This document shows, piece after piece, positions 27,604 through 37,200 of a stretch of DNA of 64,000 bases. Position 1 is the first letter of the stretch. Each line of letters opens with the position of its first letter. The notes beneath the pieces are model-generated. The model was not told where the DNA came from, did no database searches, and saw nothing but the letters and a program-made list of their open reading frames with translations. The stretch is taken from the IMG/VR virus record IMGVR_UViG_3300031414_000007, positions 146,532 through 210,531 of that record; one strand, given 5' to 3'. This DNA comes from a virus (lineage: Duplodnaviria; Caudoviricetes). Made by a program: the position numbers and the translations under genes.

Positions 27604-28206
27604 TCAAACCAGGGCTCTGCCTGGGAGTTCGAAGTTCTTACCGGCTGAGTAATCACCCAGCGCCTGATAGAGAGAGTTGCGCAACATCTGATTGATGATG
27701 TCCGAGTTATGTGCCGAAGCGTCTTTGAAAGCCACCTCGATCGATTCGTTTCTCGGATTCAATACAGCATAACGCAGCGGGCAGATCTTTTGCGCTTCAC
27801 ACCACGCGTCGATTTTAATCTGCAAATCAGGCGTGATTGGAATACGAAAGTCTGACAGTTGAAACACAACGCTCTGGATAGGAGGAGGTGATGACTCTGA
27901 CTTAACAGTGTCAGTGCCTAGCTTCTCCATAGCCATCGCCGCGTTATACACGGAGGAGAACTTGGTCTTCAACGTGTTTGTTTCGACGAGCTTATAGCTA
28001 TTCGCCGCAAGCCCTTGACGACGCAACTTGGCAATCTTAACAACATAATCACCTGAGTCGTCAGAAGCAAATGCAACGTAAGCGTAGAACGCAAAGCCAG
28101 ACGCTTCACGCAGCAACTTATGATCTAAGGCGCGGTCGCCTATGATAACATTCAGTTGTTGCAGACCCATCTGGACTTCGCGTGACAGTGAAACGTAGAT
28201 TTGCAT
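27604..28206 (-). CDS. Tagged hypothetical protein
   Basis: 200 aa, starts MQIYVSLSR. Confidence 0.65.
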   Translation of the reverse strand: MQIYVSLSREVQMGLQQLNVIIGDRALDHKLLREASGFAFYAYVAFASDDSGDYVVKIAKLRRQGLAANSYKLVETNTLKTKFSSVYNAAMAMEKLGTDTVKSESSPPPIQSVVFQLSDFRIPITPDLQIKIDAWCEAQKICPLRYAVLNPRNESIEVAFKDASAHNSDIINQMLRNSLYQALGDYSAGKNFELPGRALV

Positions 28207-28544
28207 TAGCGCAGACGAGCGAGAGCCTGTTTAGCTTTTGCCAGAGTCTGTTCGTAGTTCGCTTCGTCGTCGAACTCAGGCTCCATACGAATCTCGATGC
28301 CAGAGATATTGAACCCAACATCTTCGTCTTCGTCTTTGGTCACCATGCCGAAACGTGCAACGCCGTTTTTGTAGCTGATGAAACGGAAGTCGAGAATATC
28401 TTCCGGGCCACCCAGGTCAGACGGCATGCCGTCGTCCAGCAGATCGAAGAACTCTTTCTTCGTCAGTTTGCTGAACACTGCATTGATAGCAGAGGCCGAT
28501 TCTGACTTAACAGCTTCTTCGAGATTCAGTTTGATAAGGGACAT
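28206..28544 (-). CDS. Small acidic probable virion protein
   Basis: 112 aa, starts MSLIKLNLEEAVKSESASA. Confidence 0.6.
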   Translation of the reverse strand: MSLIKLNLEEAVKSESASAINAVFSKLTKKEFFDLLDDGMPSDLGGPEDILDFRFISYKNGVARFGMVTKDEDEDVGFNISGIEIRMEPEFDDEANYEQTLAKAKQALARLR

Positions 28545-28546
28545 GG

Positions 28547-29119
28547 TTAGTGTACTCCAACTTGTTTAGTGATTGTGATAACACGCTGGTACCAACCATA
28601 GATGTTATCTTCCTGAGTTTCATCTGCCTTTGCAATGTTCTTCAACTTCGCAATACGGCAGCCGTTGTAGGCATAAGCCAATACTTTAATGTCGCGTACT
28701 TTGACATAGGCAGCAAGAGCAGCCAGCGTCTTCGGACCAACATTCGCAGCGGGAGTAAAGTCAGGATAGAGTTTGCCTCGGCCGTTTAAGATGTTCAGTT
28801 GGTCTTGCAGTTCAGCGATTGCTGCTGGTGGGCCTGAATTAACAGCGTAGTCGAATACCCACAGTGCCAACTCTTGGCTGTACTTCGCAATTTCATCACA
28901 CTTGCAGAAATCCCAGAAGTTAGCGCTGTAGATCTTATACGCAATCTCATAAGGCAGGTCTTGCATCGCACCCTTGTAACCATAGGCACGAGCGTTCTTT
29001 TCAGTGACGCCCCAACGAGTAGGACCGCCACGGTCAGCAGCACGGTTAGTGTACTTCGAGCCACCTTCGCGATCAATAACCTCAGCGATAGCGTTCTTTC
29101 TAAACGTCAATGCGTCCAT
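28547..29119 (-). CDS. Endolysin, glycoside hydrolase family 108 with PG_binding_3 domain
   Basis: REGG..YTNRAADRGGPTRWGVT; DYAVNSGP; DG/VGPKTL-like motif; C-terminal GWYQR. Confidence 0.88.
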   Translation of the reverse strand: MDALTFRKNAIAEVIDREGGSKYTNRAADRGGPTRWGVTEKNARAYGYKGAMQDLPYEIAYKIYSANFWDFCKCDEIAKYSQELALWVFDYAVNSGPPAAIAELQDQLNILNGRGKLYPDFTPAANVGPKTLAALAAYVKVRDIKVLAYAYNGCRIAKLKNIAKADETQEDNIYGWYQRVITITKQVGVH

Positions 29120-29144
29120 AATAAAGCCCTCTGTTAGACAGACT

Positions 29145-29152
29145 AAAATTAG
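29145..29152 (-). promoter_or_regulatory. CTAATTTT late-type box
   Basis: Intergenic, before the endolysin. Confidence 0.6.
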
Positions 29153-29154
29153 CG

Positions 29155-29997
29155 TTAGATGAACAAGTTTGTCTTCTTAAACTTCATCTTAGGGCGAGTG
29201 CCTGGGTCAGACACGATAGCCTCAAAATCGGTCGTATCGAGTTTGCAAAACGCACGGAAGTGAGGGCTGTAGAAGAACGCTTTGTCCAGCACAGGAGATT
29301 CATCAACACCTGTTTGAGTCTGAGCAAATACGCCATCATAAGACGGGAACGAAATGCCTGGCTGTCCATTAGCCCCACTTACCGTAGTAGATGTTGGGAG
29401 ACCCATCAACGCATACCCGAAATTTGGTGTTTCTGCGGCTGCGTATGTTCTGAATGTACAAGCACCAGTAGACCCACCAGCTGAGGCAGTAGTGGCCGCA
29501 GTCTCACCTGTCGCCCTTACATATCTAATACCGATGAATCCTGTAGCATACTGACCGTACGGGCAGTTACCGTCATGCAAATTCATTGGAGGTAATTGAA
29601 TCGGCTGCCCAGCAATCATACCGCTTGTCAAAAAGATAGTTGTTAGTCCACCTGACACAAGCAGCGAATAGGACTGAGCCGCAGCAATGCTACTGTTACC
29701 ACTAAGACCCCATGCGGTGTTCTGTTGAACAATATCCGTGTCATTGGTTAGGGCGACGGATGTGGCCTGTATGTATTTCAAGCAGGTGAAGTGGTACTTG
29801 TTTGACTTGCGGCCTCGAATGGGATTGAGAAATCCATTGAAGCCTAATACAGCCCGCGCCGTTCTGGCGAGTGCGTTGGCTTTTGTCATGTCTGTAAGCG
29901 TTGAGAAGTCTGAGGGTTCTCGACTATCATACAGAAAGACGTTTGGCATAGTGGGTGAGGGCCCAGCTAAGCCAGCGAATGAAGATATGTACTGCAT
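29155..29997 (-). CDS. Probable tail fibre/structural protein
   Basis: 280 aa rich in Gly/Thr/Ser/Ala; CTAATTT upstream. Confidence 0.4.
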   Translation of the reverse strand: MQYISSFAGLAGPSPTMPNVFLYDSREPSDFSTLTDMTKANALARTARAVLGFNGFLNPIRGRKSNKYHFTCLKYIQATSVALTNDTDIVQQNTAWGLSGNSSIAAAQSYSLLVSGGLTTIFLTSGMIAGQPIQLPPMNLHDGNCPYGQYATGFIGIRYVRATGETAATTASAGGSTGACTFRTYAAAETPNFGYALMGLPTSTTVSGANGQPGISFPSYDGVFAQTQTGVDESPVLDKAFFYSPHFRAFCKLDTTDFEAIVSDPGTRPKMKFKKTNLFI

Positions 29998-30044
29998 AGT
30001 TTCTACCTCGGGTAGGTTGTTAACAAGGTGCTACGCTCTAAGGT

Positions 30045-30052
30045 AAAATTAG
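30045..30052 (-). promoter_or_regulatory. CTAATTTT late-type box
   Basis: Intergenic, after a terminator and before 29997. Confidence 0.6.
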
Positions 30053-30065
30053 TGCCAAGATCGAC

Positions 30066-30085
30066 AAAAGGGGCCGAAGCCCCTT
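30066..30085 (-). terminator. Intrinsic terminator ending the sbcC operon
   Basis: AAGGGGC-TTCG-GCCCCTTTT. Confidence 0.8.
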
Positions 30086-30425
30086 AGAATGTCCAACGTG
30101 TTAACCAAGCGATTAAACCTGAGAGAATACCAATGTGAGACAGATACGCATACTGCAACACGTAACCCTTTACGTAGTGTTTGAGTCCACCAGCATACAT
30201 CCCATCATAAACGGCAGCTATTATGGTGAACGACATTACGTAGGTGAATACGTGCCACTTCGTCATCTCCATTACTTCATTGCAGAACACAATCAGAAAG
30301 AGAGCGACGGCCATGAGGTATACAGTGCGTTTGATTTCCGTCAGGTTGATACCAAGCACGACAGGACGCATCAGAAACGCAGCGAGTATCGACACCCAGA
30401 TTAACGTTTCGTAATCGGTTGACAT
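30084..30425 (-). CDS. Small integral membrane protein (about 4 hydrophobic segments)
   Basis: Hydrophobic stretches TLIWVSILAAFL, YLMAVALFLIVFC, VFTYVMSFTIIAAVY, IGILSGLIAWL; start at ATG 30425 abuts the upstream stop. Confidence 0.65.
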   Translation of the reverse strand: MSTDYETLIWVSILAAFLMRPVVLGINLTEIKRTVYLMAVALFLIVFCNEVMEMTKWHVFTYVMSFTIIAAVYDGMYAGGLKHYVKGYVLQYAYLSHIGILSGLIAWLTRWTF

Positions 30426-30426
30426 A

Positions 30427-31140
30427 TTAGACACCCTGATTAGCAAGATAGGTATCGGTAATGTTCGAGGTCTTCTCTACGTTACCACGAATGTAACCTA
30501 TCTCGAATACCTGAACGTTGTGTTTGACAACAGCTTCACCAACTGTTTCACACGCGCCGCTATTTAGATCGAGGAAGGCCTGACACAAACGCTCTGCTAC
30601 AGGCTTGGCCAAGATCTTCATCAGCGTGTGCTTTTGGATTGCAGTCAGCTTGATAGGCAGTGCGTCGATCTCACGCTCGATATTCTTACGACCGCCGTGA
30701 TAAATCCAACGACAGATAGTTGCAGTCAAAGGCTTTTGGTGAGTCTTCGAAGGCAACGTGTAGATGTAAGTCATCAGTCGGTAGAACAGGCTGCCGTCGA
30801 TTGCGCGTTTCTTGAGGTCATCAAGATACTTACCGACAGGACTCAGCTTGCCTTTCTGTGGTTCCATCTGGTCAAGTTTGAGATCAACGTCAAGTCCATA
30901 TCGACGCAGCGTTTCAGAATGGCCGAACACAAAGACAATGTGATCAGGCATATCACGAATAGCAACAGCGTTACGGCTATACTCTTTCTCGCCGACAACG
31001 AACATGTACTTACGATATTTCTTGGCAGGGTCAATGACACCACCAAGTGGAACGAAGGTCACACGATCGGCCTGACCTTTCTTTCTCAGCCAGCCCAGCA
31101 CCTGCTCAGGGCTTTGCCGCGTTACTGCGATTACAGGCAT
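30427..31140 (-). CDS. Hypothetical protein
   Basis: 237 aa in the SbcC operon. Confidence 0.65.
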   Translation of the reverse strand: MPVIAVTRQSPEQVLGWLRKKGQADRVTFVPLGGVIDPAKKYRKYMFVVGEKEYSRNAVAIRDMPDHIVFVFGHSETLRRYGLDVDLKLDQMEPQKGKLSPVGKYLDDLKKRAIDGSLFYRLMTYIYTLPSKTHQKPLTATICRWIYHGGRKNIEREIDALPIKLTAIQKHTLMKILAKPVAERLCQAFLDLNSGACETVGEAVVKHNVQVFEIGYIRGNVEKTSNITDTYLANQGV

Positions 31141-31142
31141 CG

Positions 31143-31466
31143 TTACTCCACCGTGTTAAGGGCTTGTGCCGTGTACTCACGCAGAGTACGTTCGATATTC
31201 TGCGCCAGCGTCGGGTGACAGATAAGCTGGTGGTCTTTCATGTACACACGCAGCGAAGGACGCATCACCTTGCGAACCTGTGGATAGAGACCGAAGATTT
31301 TATGCAGAGGAGTCTTGTAATAAAACTCCTCCTGCTCGTCCATGCAGTTAATGTTTGCCACAACTTCGTACTTGGCAAAGATAGCTGGGTTACGATTGAT
31401 GTACGCAGGTTCAATCGGCACACCGCCTTTCTCGTGATCGCTATTGAGATTACCGAAGATCATCAC
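31143..31466 (-). CDS. Hypothetical protein
   Basis: 107 aa, coupled to the sbcC stop. Confidence 0.6.
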   Translation of the reverse strand: MMIFGNLNSDHEKGGVPIEPAYINRNPAIFAKYEVVANINCMDEQEEFYYKTPLHKIFGLYPQVRKVMRPSLRVYMKDHQLICHPTLAQNIERTLREYTAQALNTVE

Positions 31467-33793
31467 ATTACCTTACGCGTTAACTTAGACACACCACCCT
31501 GCTTGGTGATAGTCCATTGATTGTCAGAGAAGTGCTCAACGTCCAGAGGAGTAATCCAATAAACGTTAGGAATGATTTGCTTGAGAATCGGGAGGAAATT
31601 CTTCACGATATGATCGCGTGTCGCATCACTACATGAGTTCTCAGGTTCATCGAGCACAATAAAGTTTGTACGTCGATTAGCAGGAATGAATGGCATGATC
31701 GCAACAGCAAACAACAAGCGGAAACAGTTTGTCTCTGCACCACTCATGATTGCAATGTCAGTCGTCTTCTTCGACACCAGACGAGTAACGGTTGCACCAA
31801 CACCCTGCTTGGTAGTAAACAGTTCGAAGTGCATAGGCTCAGGGAACACCAGACCAGAGTATTCGTTCAGCTTCTTCTCAATCTGTTTGAGACGGCCTTC
31901 AACCGCTTTCAGTTTGAGAGCATTGTTGCTGTACGCCTTATACAGGACTTCGAATACCTTGCGCTTGTCGATCAGAGGTTGCAGGTCTGCGAGCTTGTTG
32001 CGAAGTTCACGTAACGTTTCTTCGTAGTGTTCGTGCTCCTGAATGCGCATCTGGATGTTCTGCGCCTTACGCTCTTTCTTCTCAATGTCTGCGATCAGCT
32101 TCTCAACTTCGCCGCTAACCTTTTTGTACTCACCATCAATCAGATAGAACTCACGGTCAGGCTTACCAACGCCTTTGATTGCAGCACGAAGGTCTTTCAG
32201 AATCTCAAGATCCTTGATTCGGTTCTTGATTGTCTTACGGGCTTTCTTAGGCTGCTTAACCGCTTTAGGTTTCTTGAGCGCATCACGCTTGGCCACCAGC
32301 TTCTCATACTTCTTCGCTGTCTCGAACTGTTCTTCGATTTCATCCAGCTTAGTGCCGACTGCATTGAGTTGCTTTTCAAGGTCTTTACGTTTATGCTTCG
32401 GCTTCTTGACCTTCTCTGCCTGCAATTCAGTGAGCTGGTCATTCAGCTTGTAGTAGTCGAGAGCTTCGATGCACTCGTCAATGATCGACTGAGCTTTCGT
32501 TGCAGCGCGAGCCATAGCTTTAAGGTCAACATCTTGCCCACAGGTAGGACATGAGTTGCCGTCGTGATCGTGTTCCTGAAACGCACGATACGCCTGAACT
32601 ATTGCTTTGGATTCTGCGCGGGCATCTTGTGCCTCTTCCTGAGTTCGTTTAGGAGCTTTGAGCTTAGACAGCTTTTTACTGAGCTTGTCCACGGCTTCTC
32701 GCCAGTCGTCGTACTCTTCCTGTTGTTCATCGACTTTCTCCAGTAACGCTTCGAGGCTCTCTTCCTCTTTTATCAGTGCTCCGTGCTTCTTACGCAGCTT
32801 CTTGTTGTCAAGCGCCGCAACGTCACCGAGTGCTTTGATTTTCTTTTTGACTTCTGATAGCTCGGACTGATATTCGTCCAGTGCTTCCACAAAGTCATCG
32901 TAACGGTCATGCTCAATCAACAGACCACGTAAGGTATTCAGTTCACCTTTGAGATCGTCCGTCTCGATACCTAACGTGTCGAGTTCATGCTTGAGCTTCT
33001 CGTACTTCTTCGCGGTTGTGCGCTGAGTACCTAGTTCAATCAGGAGTTCCGACAGTTCGTTACGTTTGGCTTTCATCTTATCCGACTGCTTGATGATTGC
33101 AGTCAGCGTGTTCTTTTCTTCGGCGTGAATCGACAGCGCATTTTGTTTACGCTGTGTAACGTCCAGCATGTCCGCCAGACCTTTCGATTCTGTCTCGGCA
33201 TCTTTAGCCAAGTCCAGTTTCTTCTTCAACGCCGCACGAATGTTATCGAACACATCCAGATTGAATAACGAGGTCAGGTATTTTAAACGATCAGCAGGTT
33301 GCGCACGTTGGAAGGGATGCGGTATCTGCGACTGAATGTAGGCATAGCTGTAGAACTCGTCTTTCGACAACGGCCAATGCTTTGAGATCCACGAACGCGC
33401 TACGTCCTGACGACCTACCTTCTGGTCTTCACCGTTGTAATAAACTTTGTAGCTCTTGGCTGTTTGCTCGATACGAACAATACCGCCCAACGGAGATTGC
33501 CATGACAGATCGATAACGCTGCCCTTACTGAGCATGTTACCCTTGTCTTTCTTTTTCAGAGCGAGAGGGTCAGCTTCGTAAAGCAGCGTAGGTATTGCAC
33601 CGAACAGGAGACTTTTGCCTACGCCGTTCGTATTGTCTTTAACGTTTGGACTGTCGAGGTTTCTGCCGCAGATAGTTGCGAAGCCTTCACTGTCCAATGT
33701 GTCAATATCAAGTTCTTTGTACACACCAACATCGCGGAGATGAATCTCTTTTAATCCGATGCCGTGGTTCTGCTTTTGCTTCGCTTTGGCCAT
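31463..33793 (-). CDS. sbcC: SbcC/Rad50-like SMC ATPase
   Basis: Walker A NGVGKS, coiled coils, zinc hook CPTCG, signature MSGAE, Walker B IVLDEPE. Confidence 0.92.
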   Translation of the reverse strand: MAKAKQKQNHGIGLKEIHLRDVGVYKELDIDTLDSEGFATICGRNLDSPNVKDNTNGVGKSLLFGAIPTLLYEADPLALKKKDKGNMLSKGSVIDLSWQSPLGGIVRIEQTAKSYKVYYNGEDQKVGRQDVARSWISKHWPLSKDEFYSYAYIQSQIPHPFQRAQPADRLKYLTSLFNLDVFDNIRAALKKKLDLAKDAETESKGLADMLDVTQRKQNALSIHAEEKNTLTAIIKQSDKMKAKRNELSELLIELGTQRTTAKKYEKLKHELDTLGIETDDLKGELNTLRGLLIEHDRYDDFVEALDEYQSELSEVKKKIKALGDVAALDNKKLRKKHGALIKEEESLEALLEKVDEQQEEYDDWREAVDKLSKKLSKLKAPKRTQEEAQDARAESKAIVQAYRAFQEHDHDGNSCPTCGQDVDLKAMARAATKAQSIIDECIEALDYYKLNDQLTELQAEKVKKPKHKRKDLEKQLNAVGTKLDEIEEQFETAKKYEKLVAKRDALKKPKAVKQPKKARKTIKNRIKDLEILKDLRAAIKGVGKPDREFYLIDGEYKKVSGEVEKLIADIEKKERKAQNIQMRIQEHEHYEETLRELRNKLADLQPLIDKRKVFEVLYKAYSNNALKLKAVEGRLKQIEKKLNEYSGLVFPEPMHFELFTTKQGVGATVTRLVSKKTTDIAIMSGAETNCFRLLFAVAIMPFIPANRRTNFIVLDEPENSCSDATRDHIVKNFLPILKQIIPNVYWITPLDVEHFSDNQWTITKQGGVSKLTRKVM

Positions 33794-33996
33794 TAGATAT
33801 ACTCGAAGGTTTCTTCCTGAATAAGACCTTTACCGTGAATCTGCTCGAACACTTCGATCTCGTCATCGGTATACGGCTCGGCTGCTTCTGCAATCACATC
33901 GTAACTGACAGATTCGTCTTTGCGGCCTTCACCGTAGTAATGAACAGGCTTGACGATGCGCCAGACAGGGACTTGGATTAGTTCGCGCTTTAACAT
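33793..33996 (-). CDS. Hypothetical protein
   Basis: 67 aa, translationally coupled on both sides. Confidence 0.55.
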   Translation of the reverse strand: MLKRELIQVPVWRIVKPVHYYGEGRKDESVSYDVIAEAAEPYTDDEIEVFEQIHGKGLIQEETFEYI

Positions 33997-34205
33997 TAGT
34001 GGAATACCGCAGTTGGTTCAACCCACAATTCAGCAGCGTTATACTTTTTACGCAGCTCGTTCAGTACGGTATCAGACACAGGGCTGGTGGACGAGAAGAT
34101 GCACTGAGGCACTTTCTCTTCCTGTCCTGTTACCGGATTAATATCGTGGTCGTGACGCATTACGTTCCAGCGTTTGCTTACGTGGATATTGATAGTGTGT
34201 TCCAT
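33996..34205 (-). CDS. Hypothetical protein
   Basis: 69 aa, first gene after a CTGTAAATA motif. Confidence 0.55.
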   Translation of the reverse strand: MEHTINIHVSKRWNVMRHDHDINPVTGQEEKVPQCIFSSTSPVSDTVLNELRKKYNAAELWVEPTAVFH

Positions 34206-34241
34206 AGTTGTATGCCCAGGTTTGGTATGAAAGATACTGCT

Positions 34242-34250
34242 TATTTACAG
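34242..34250 (-). promoter_or_regulatory. CTGTAAATA box heading the sbcC operon
   Basis: Exact motif after a terminator. Confidence 0.7.
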
Positions 34251-34267
34251 TTTCTAGGCGTATAGAC

Positions 34268-34304
34268 AAAAAGAAGGGCCACCAGCAATGGCAGCCCCGT
34301 CTTT
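34268..34304 (-). terminator. Intrinsic terminator
   Basis: GC-rich stem followed by TTCTTTTT. Confidence 0.6.
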
Positions 34305-34752
34305 AATAGCGTCTTGGTTTCTTCGGCTTCTTAATCTTGACCGACTTCGGACGTTTGATACGCTGCAAGGCCTTACGTGCCTCAGCAATCTGACCAGACA
34401 GAGTAGCACGTTGTTTCTTCACGGCATCCGTATCTTGGTCTGTGCCTTTCAGTTTATCAAGGCGGTTCCATTCTTTGACCAAACGATCAACGACAGCAGC
34501 ACGACTGACACGTTGCTGGTTGGTACGCACAATATCCTGCTGCGTCTTTACCGAGCGTTGCGCTTCTAATACTTTGGCACGTCCTGACTCAATGCCTTTC
34601 GTATCACCGTCAGACTGTTTTTCGTTGAGCGTCTTACGTGCCACGGTTGCTCTGCGTTGTGCTCCTTTCAGATCATCACGCGAGTTCTCTAAACTGACTT
34701 TCGTTTCTTCAAGTGGGCTGGTACGCGCACTCAAGCTAATGAGGATTTTCAT
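34303..34752 (-). CDS. Tagged basic coiled-coil protein
   Basis: 149 aa, starts MKILISLSA; GGAG RBS. Confidence 0.65.
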   Translation of the reverse strand: MKILISLSARTSPLEETKVSLENSRDDLKGAQRRATVARKTLNEKQSDGDTKGIESGRAKVLEAQRSVKTQQDIVRTNQQRVSRAAVVDRLVKEWNRLDKLKGTDQDTDAVKKQRATLSGQIAEARKALQRIKRPKSVKIKKPKKPRRY

Positions 34753-34768
34753 AACGGCTCCAGAAATG

Positions 34769-34795
34769 AAAAAGGGCAGCCGAAGCCACCCTTTT
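34769..34795 (-). terminator. Intrinsic terminator
   Basis: GGGTGGC-TTCG-GCTGCCC followed by TTTTT. Confidence 0.8.
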
Positions 34796-34883
34796 GTAGA
34801 ATGGCGCGCTATGCACCCGACTGTTAAGTCTACTACGGTTATTTTACCTCGCAGTAGTCAGCGAGGAGATTGGGATCACCTCC

Positions 34884-35420
34884 TCATGCTGATTGAAGAT
34901 CGACAACTTCCTCGTCTTCTATATCAGCGGCAGACCACGAACGAAGCACGGACGCATTGCCGCGATTGCCCGTCAGCATAGATTTAACTGCTGGTTTGGC
35001 ATCGCGCTCTGCATAGTAGTTGCTAAGAGCGTTCTCATTAGCGAACCACAAAATGGAGTGACCACCTTTAGGGCAGATCAGGAATTGTGCTGGACGCTGC
35101 GGAACGTTCAACGTCATATAAAAATCACCAGCACCAGTAGGACCCATCATAGGCATGGGTTTCATGATCTGCATAAAATCGTTGGCATCTTTAAGGCGAG
35201 TATCGCCTAACAGCCAGAGAGCACCTTCTTCACCTTCACGCACGGCAGACAATGTACCTTTGCGAGTAGTGATTGAACCGAATACATCCTGATCAAATCG
35301 AGCCAGACCAAAGATAAGCGATGCGAGTTTCTTTAAATCAGGAGTGGTGCATGGGCTATCAATTTTCGCCATGCCCTCAGACCCAATTGTAATCTTCGAC
35401 AGTGATACAAAGATTTCCAT
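34884..35420 (-). CDS. Tagged hypothetical protein
   Basis: 178 aa, starts MEIFVSLSK. Confidence 0.65.
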   Translation of the reverse strand: MEIFVSLSKITIGSEGMAKIDSPCTTPDLKKLASLIFGLARFDQDVFGSITTRKGTLSAVREGEEGALWLLGDTRLKDANDFMQIMKPMPMMGPTGAGDFYMTLNVPQRPAQFLICPKGGHSILWFANENALSNYYAERDAKPAVKSMLTGNRGNASVLRSWSAADIEDEEVVDLQSA

Positions 35421-35488
35421 TTATTGTCTTCCAGAGCTGTATGATTAATTGTAGTTAAAATTATCGTTCAGTCAGACATTTCTGAAAT

Positions 35489-35520
35489 AAAAATGGGCAG
35501 CACTTTGGCCACCCATTTTT
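35489..35520 (-). terminator. Intrinsic terminator after dnaX
   Basis: ATGGGTGGC...GCTGCCCAT followed by TTTT. Confidence 0.7.
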
Positions 35521-35530
35521 CACTTATTTA

Positions 35531-36814
35531 TCACTTCTTCTTTTTCTTTTTCTTCTTAGGCTCGTCGTCTTCTTCGTCGTCGTTGCCTAAATCAACAGTC
35601 AACTTACCGCTGTAGATGTTCGCCATCACTTCGGTAATTCCAGTCTCCAGCATAATATCTGCCGGCACCGAAGTTGAGTTGAATGCCACTTCTGCATCAG
35701 CCAGAGCTTTCTGCAAATACACCAAACTGACCAGATTGACTTTGATGTTGTCTTTCTTGATCATGTTCATGAACATCTTGAGGCCCGCAGACTGCCACTT
35801 GTTCGTTTCGGCGTAATGCCCCAACACACCGTGAATAATCCAACGAGCTTTCGCTACGATTGCACGAGGGTTGTTTGCTTCCCGCAGGAACTGAATAACG
35901 CCTATCAGGTCCATACTGAGATAAGCACCGATCATCTGAACGGCTTTCGCTTCCATGTCGATTTCTGGATCAGCAGCAGCCAGTTCAGCAACGAGGTTCT
36001 TATCAAAGTCTTCACCACCACGAACAGAGGCGTAGATGTTTTGCAGCATGGTGATTGCACCACGCATTTGTCCACCAGCGTACTCTGCTACCTGATGAAG
36101 TGCCGCTTCTGCTTTATCACGCGCCTTGTCTTTCTTCGGCAGGATATCAAGCTGACCACTGATCTCAATCAGGCGTTTATGAATCACGTCAGTTGCAATC
36201 GGTCTGATCGGCAGTTGCGTCATACGACTGATCATCGTGCCTTTCATCTTCTCAGGGTTCGTTGTTACGAAGATGAAGACTACGTGCGCTGGAGGCTGTT
36301 CGGTAATCTTGAGCAGCTTGGATTCAGCAGCACTGGACATGAGGTGCGATTCATCGAAGATGAACACACGACGTTTGAACATAGGGCTTAACGGGGCCGA
36401 GTCAACAATCTTCTGTGAGCCTTCAACTTTACCTGCATCGCCGCCCATATCGAACTCTTGTTCGTCAGGATGTGCGCCACGGTCGTGCATCTCACACGAA
36501 CGACACTTACCGCAGGCGGAGAACGAATCGCAGTTGATGTACTTCGCAACCAGACGTGCGAACGTTGTCTTGCCTGAACCGAGATGACCTGTGATGATCA
36601 TTGTTGACGGAATCGTTTTCGACTTCTGCCAACCTTTCATGATCTTCACGATGTGGTCTTGACCAACGTAATCTTCGATACGCTTCGGTCGGAACTGATC
36701 TGCAAAGTTAACCGTGGTCAACTCAACAGACTCGGAAGAACCGCTTTTCTTTTTCGATGGCTTATCGTCACCGAACGAACGCGACTTCTTCTTTTTCTTT
36801 TCTTCTTTCGCCAT
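35531..36814 (-). CDS. dnaX: Clamp-loader ATPase, DNA Pol III gamma/tau-like
   Basis: QFRPKRIEDYVGQ, Walker A GHLGSGKTT, zinc site C...CGKCRSC, DESH, AESKLLKITEQPP. Confidence 0.9.
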   Translation of the reverse strand: MAKEEKKKKKSRSFGDDKPSKKKSGSSESVELTTVNFADQFRPKRIEDYVGQDHIVKIMKGWQKSKTIPSTMIITGHLGSGKTTFARLVAKYINCDSFSACGKCRSCEMHDRGAHPDEQEFDMGGDAGKVEGSQKIVDSAPLSPMFKRRVFIFDESHLMSSAAESKLLKITEQPPAHVVFIFVTTNPEKMKGTMISRMTQLPIRPIATDVIHKRLIEISGQLDILPKKDKARDKAEAALHQVAEYAGGQMRGAITMLQNIYASVRGGEDFDKNLVAELAAADPEIDMEAKAVQMIGAYLSMDLIGVIQFLREANNPRAIVAKARWIIHGVLGHYAETNKWQSAGLKMFMNMIKKDNIKVNLVSLVYLQKALADAEVAFNSTSVPADIMLETGITEVMANIYSGKLTVDLGNDDEEDDEPKKKKKKKK

Positions 36815-36850
36815 TTTACTTCGCCCTTTATTTTGATGCGTTACACCAGT

Positions 36851-36859
36851 AATTTACAG
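36851..36859 (-). promoter_or_regulatory. CTGTAAATT box upstream of dnaX
   Basis: One-mismatch motif after a terminator. Confidence 0.6.
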
Positions 36860-36868
36860 ATTTTAGAC

Positions 36869-36906
36869 AAAAAGAAAGGACCACATCTCAAAGTGAGAGG
36901 GTCCTT
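36869..36906 (-). terminator. Intrinsic terminator
   Basis: AAGGACC...GGTCCTT followed by TCTTTTT. Confidence 0.6.
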
Positions 36907-36953
36907 ATTTATAAGGTGTTGGATGATAACACATCGGCAGTGGGCGCTGACGA

Positions 36954-37151
36954 TTAGGCAAAGCACATTTCCCAGCGTGGTACAACGCGGAAGAACTGCT
37001 TAAAGTTGGACGGCGGATTCTTCTTGATTGATTCAAGTTTCTGTTCCACTACGTCATAATCTTTTATGCCACTCTCTACGGTGTGAGTGGTGAATGTACC
37101 GTCAGCCTGAATCAAGTCGGCGACAACACGGTAGCTTGGTTTACGAAGCAT
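36954..37151 (-). CDS. Hypothetical protein
   Basis: 65 aa, AGGAG RBS and CTGTAAACA motif upstream. Confidence 0.6.
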   Translation of the reverse strand: MLRKPSYRVVADLIQADGTFTTHTVESGIKDYDVVEQKLESIKKNPPSNFKQFFRVVPRWEMCFA

Positions 37152-37191
37152 CTATTCTCCTGTGTAAAAATTTTCTCGTTCTTCTGAATTA

Positions 37192-37200
37192 TGTTTACAG
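37192..37200 (-). promoter_or_regulatory. CTGTAAACA box upstream of the 65-aa ORF
   Basis: One-mismatch motif. Confidence 0.55.

Noticed and set aside
26352-27695. 447-aa plus-strand ORF
   Set aside because: Antisense shadow of the Lys/Ala-rich gene; no RBS or motifs, and the composition mirrors the opposite strand's codons.
30084-30425. Holin call for the 4-TM protein near the endolysin
   Set aside because: It is the last gene of the sbcC (replication-class) operon and is separated from the endolysin unit by a terminator and another gene; no dual-start motif.
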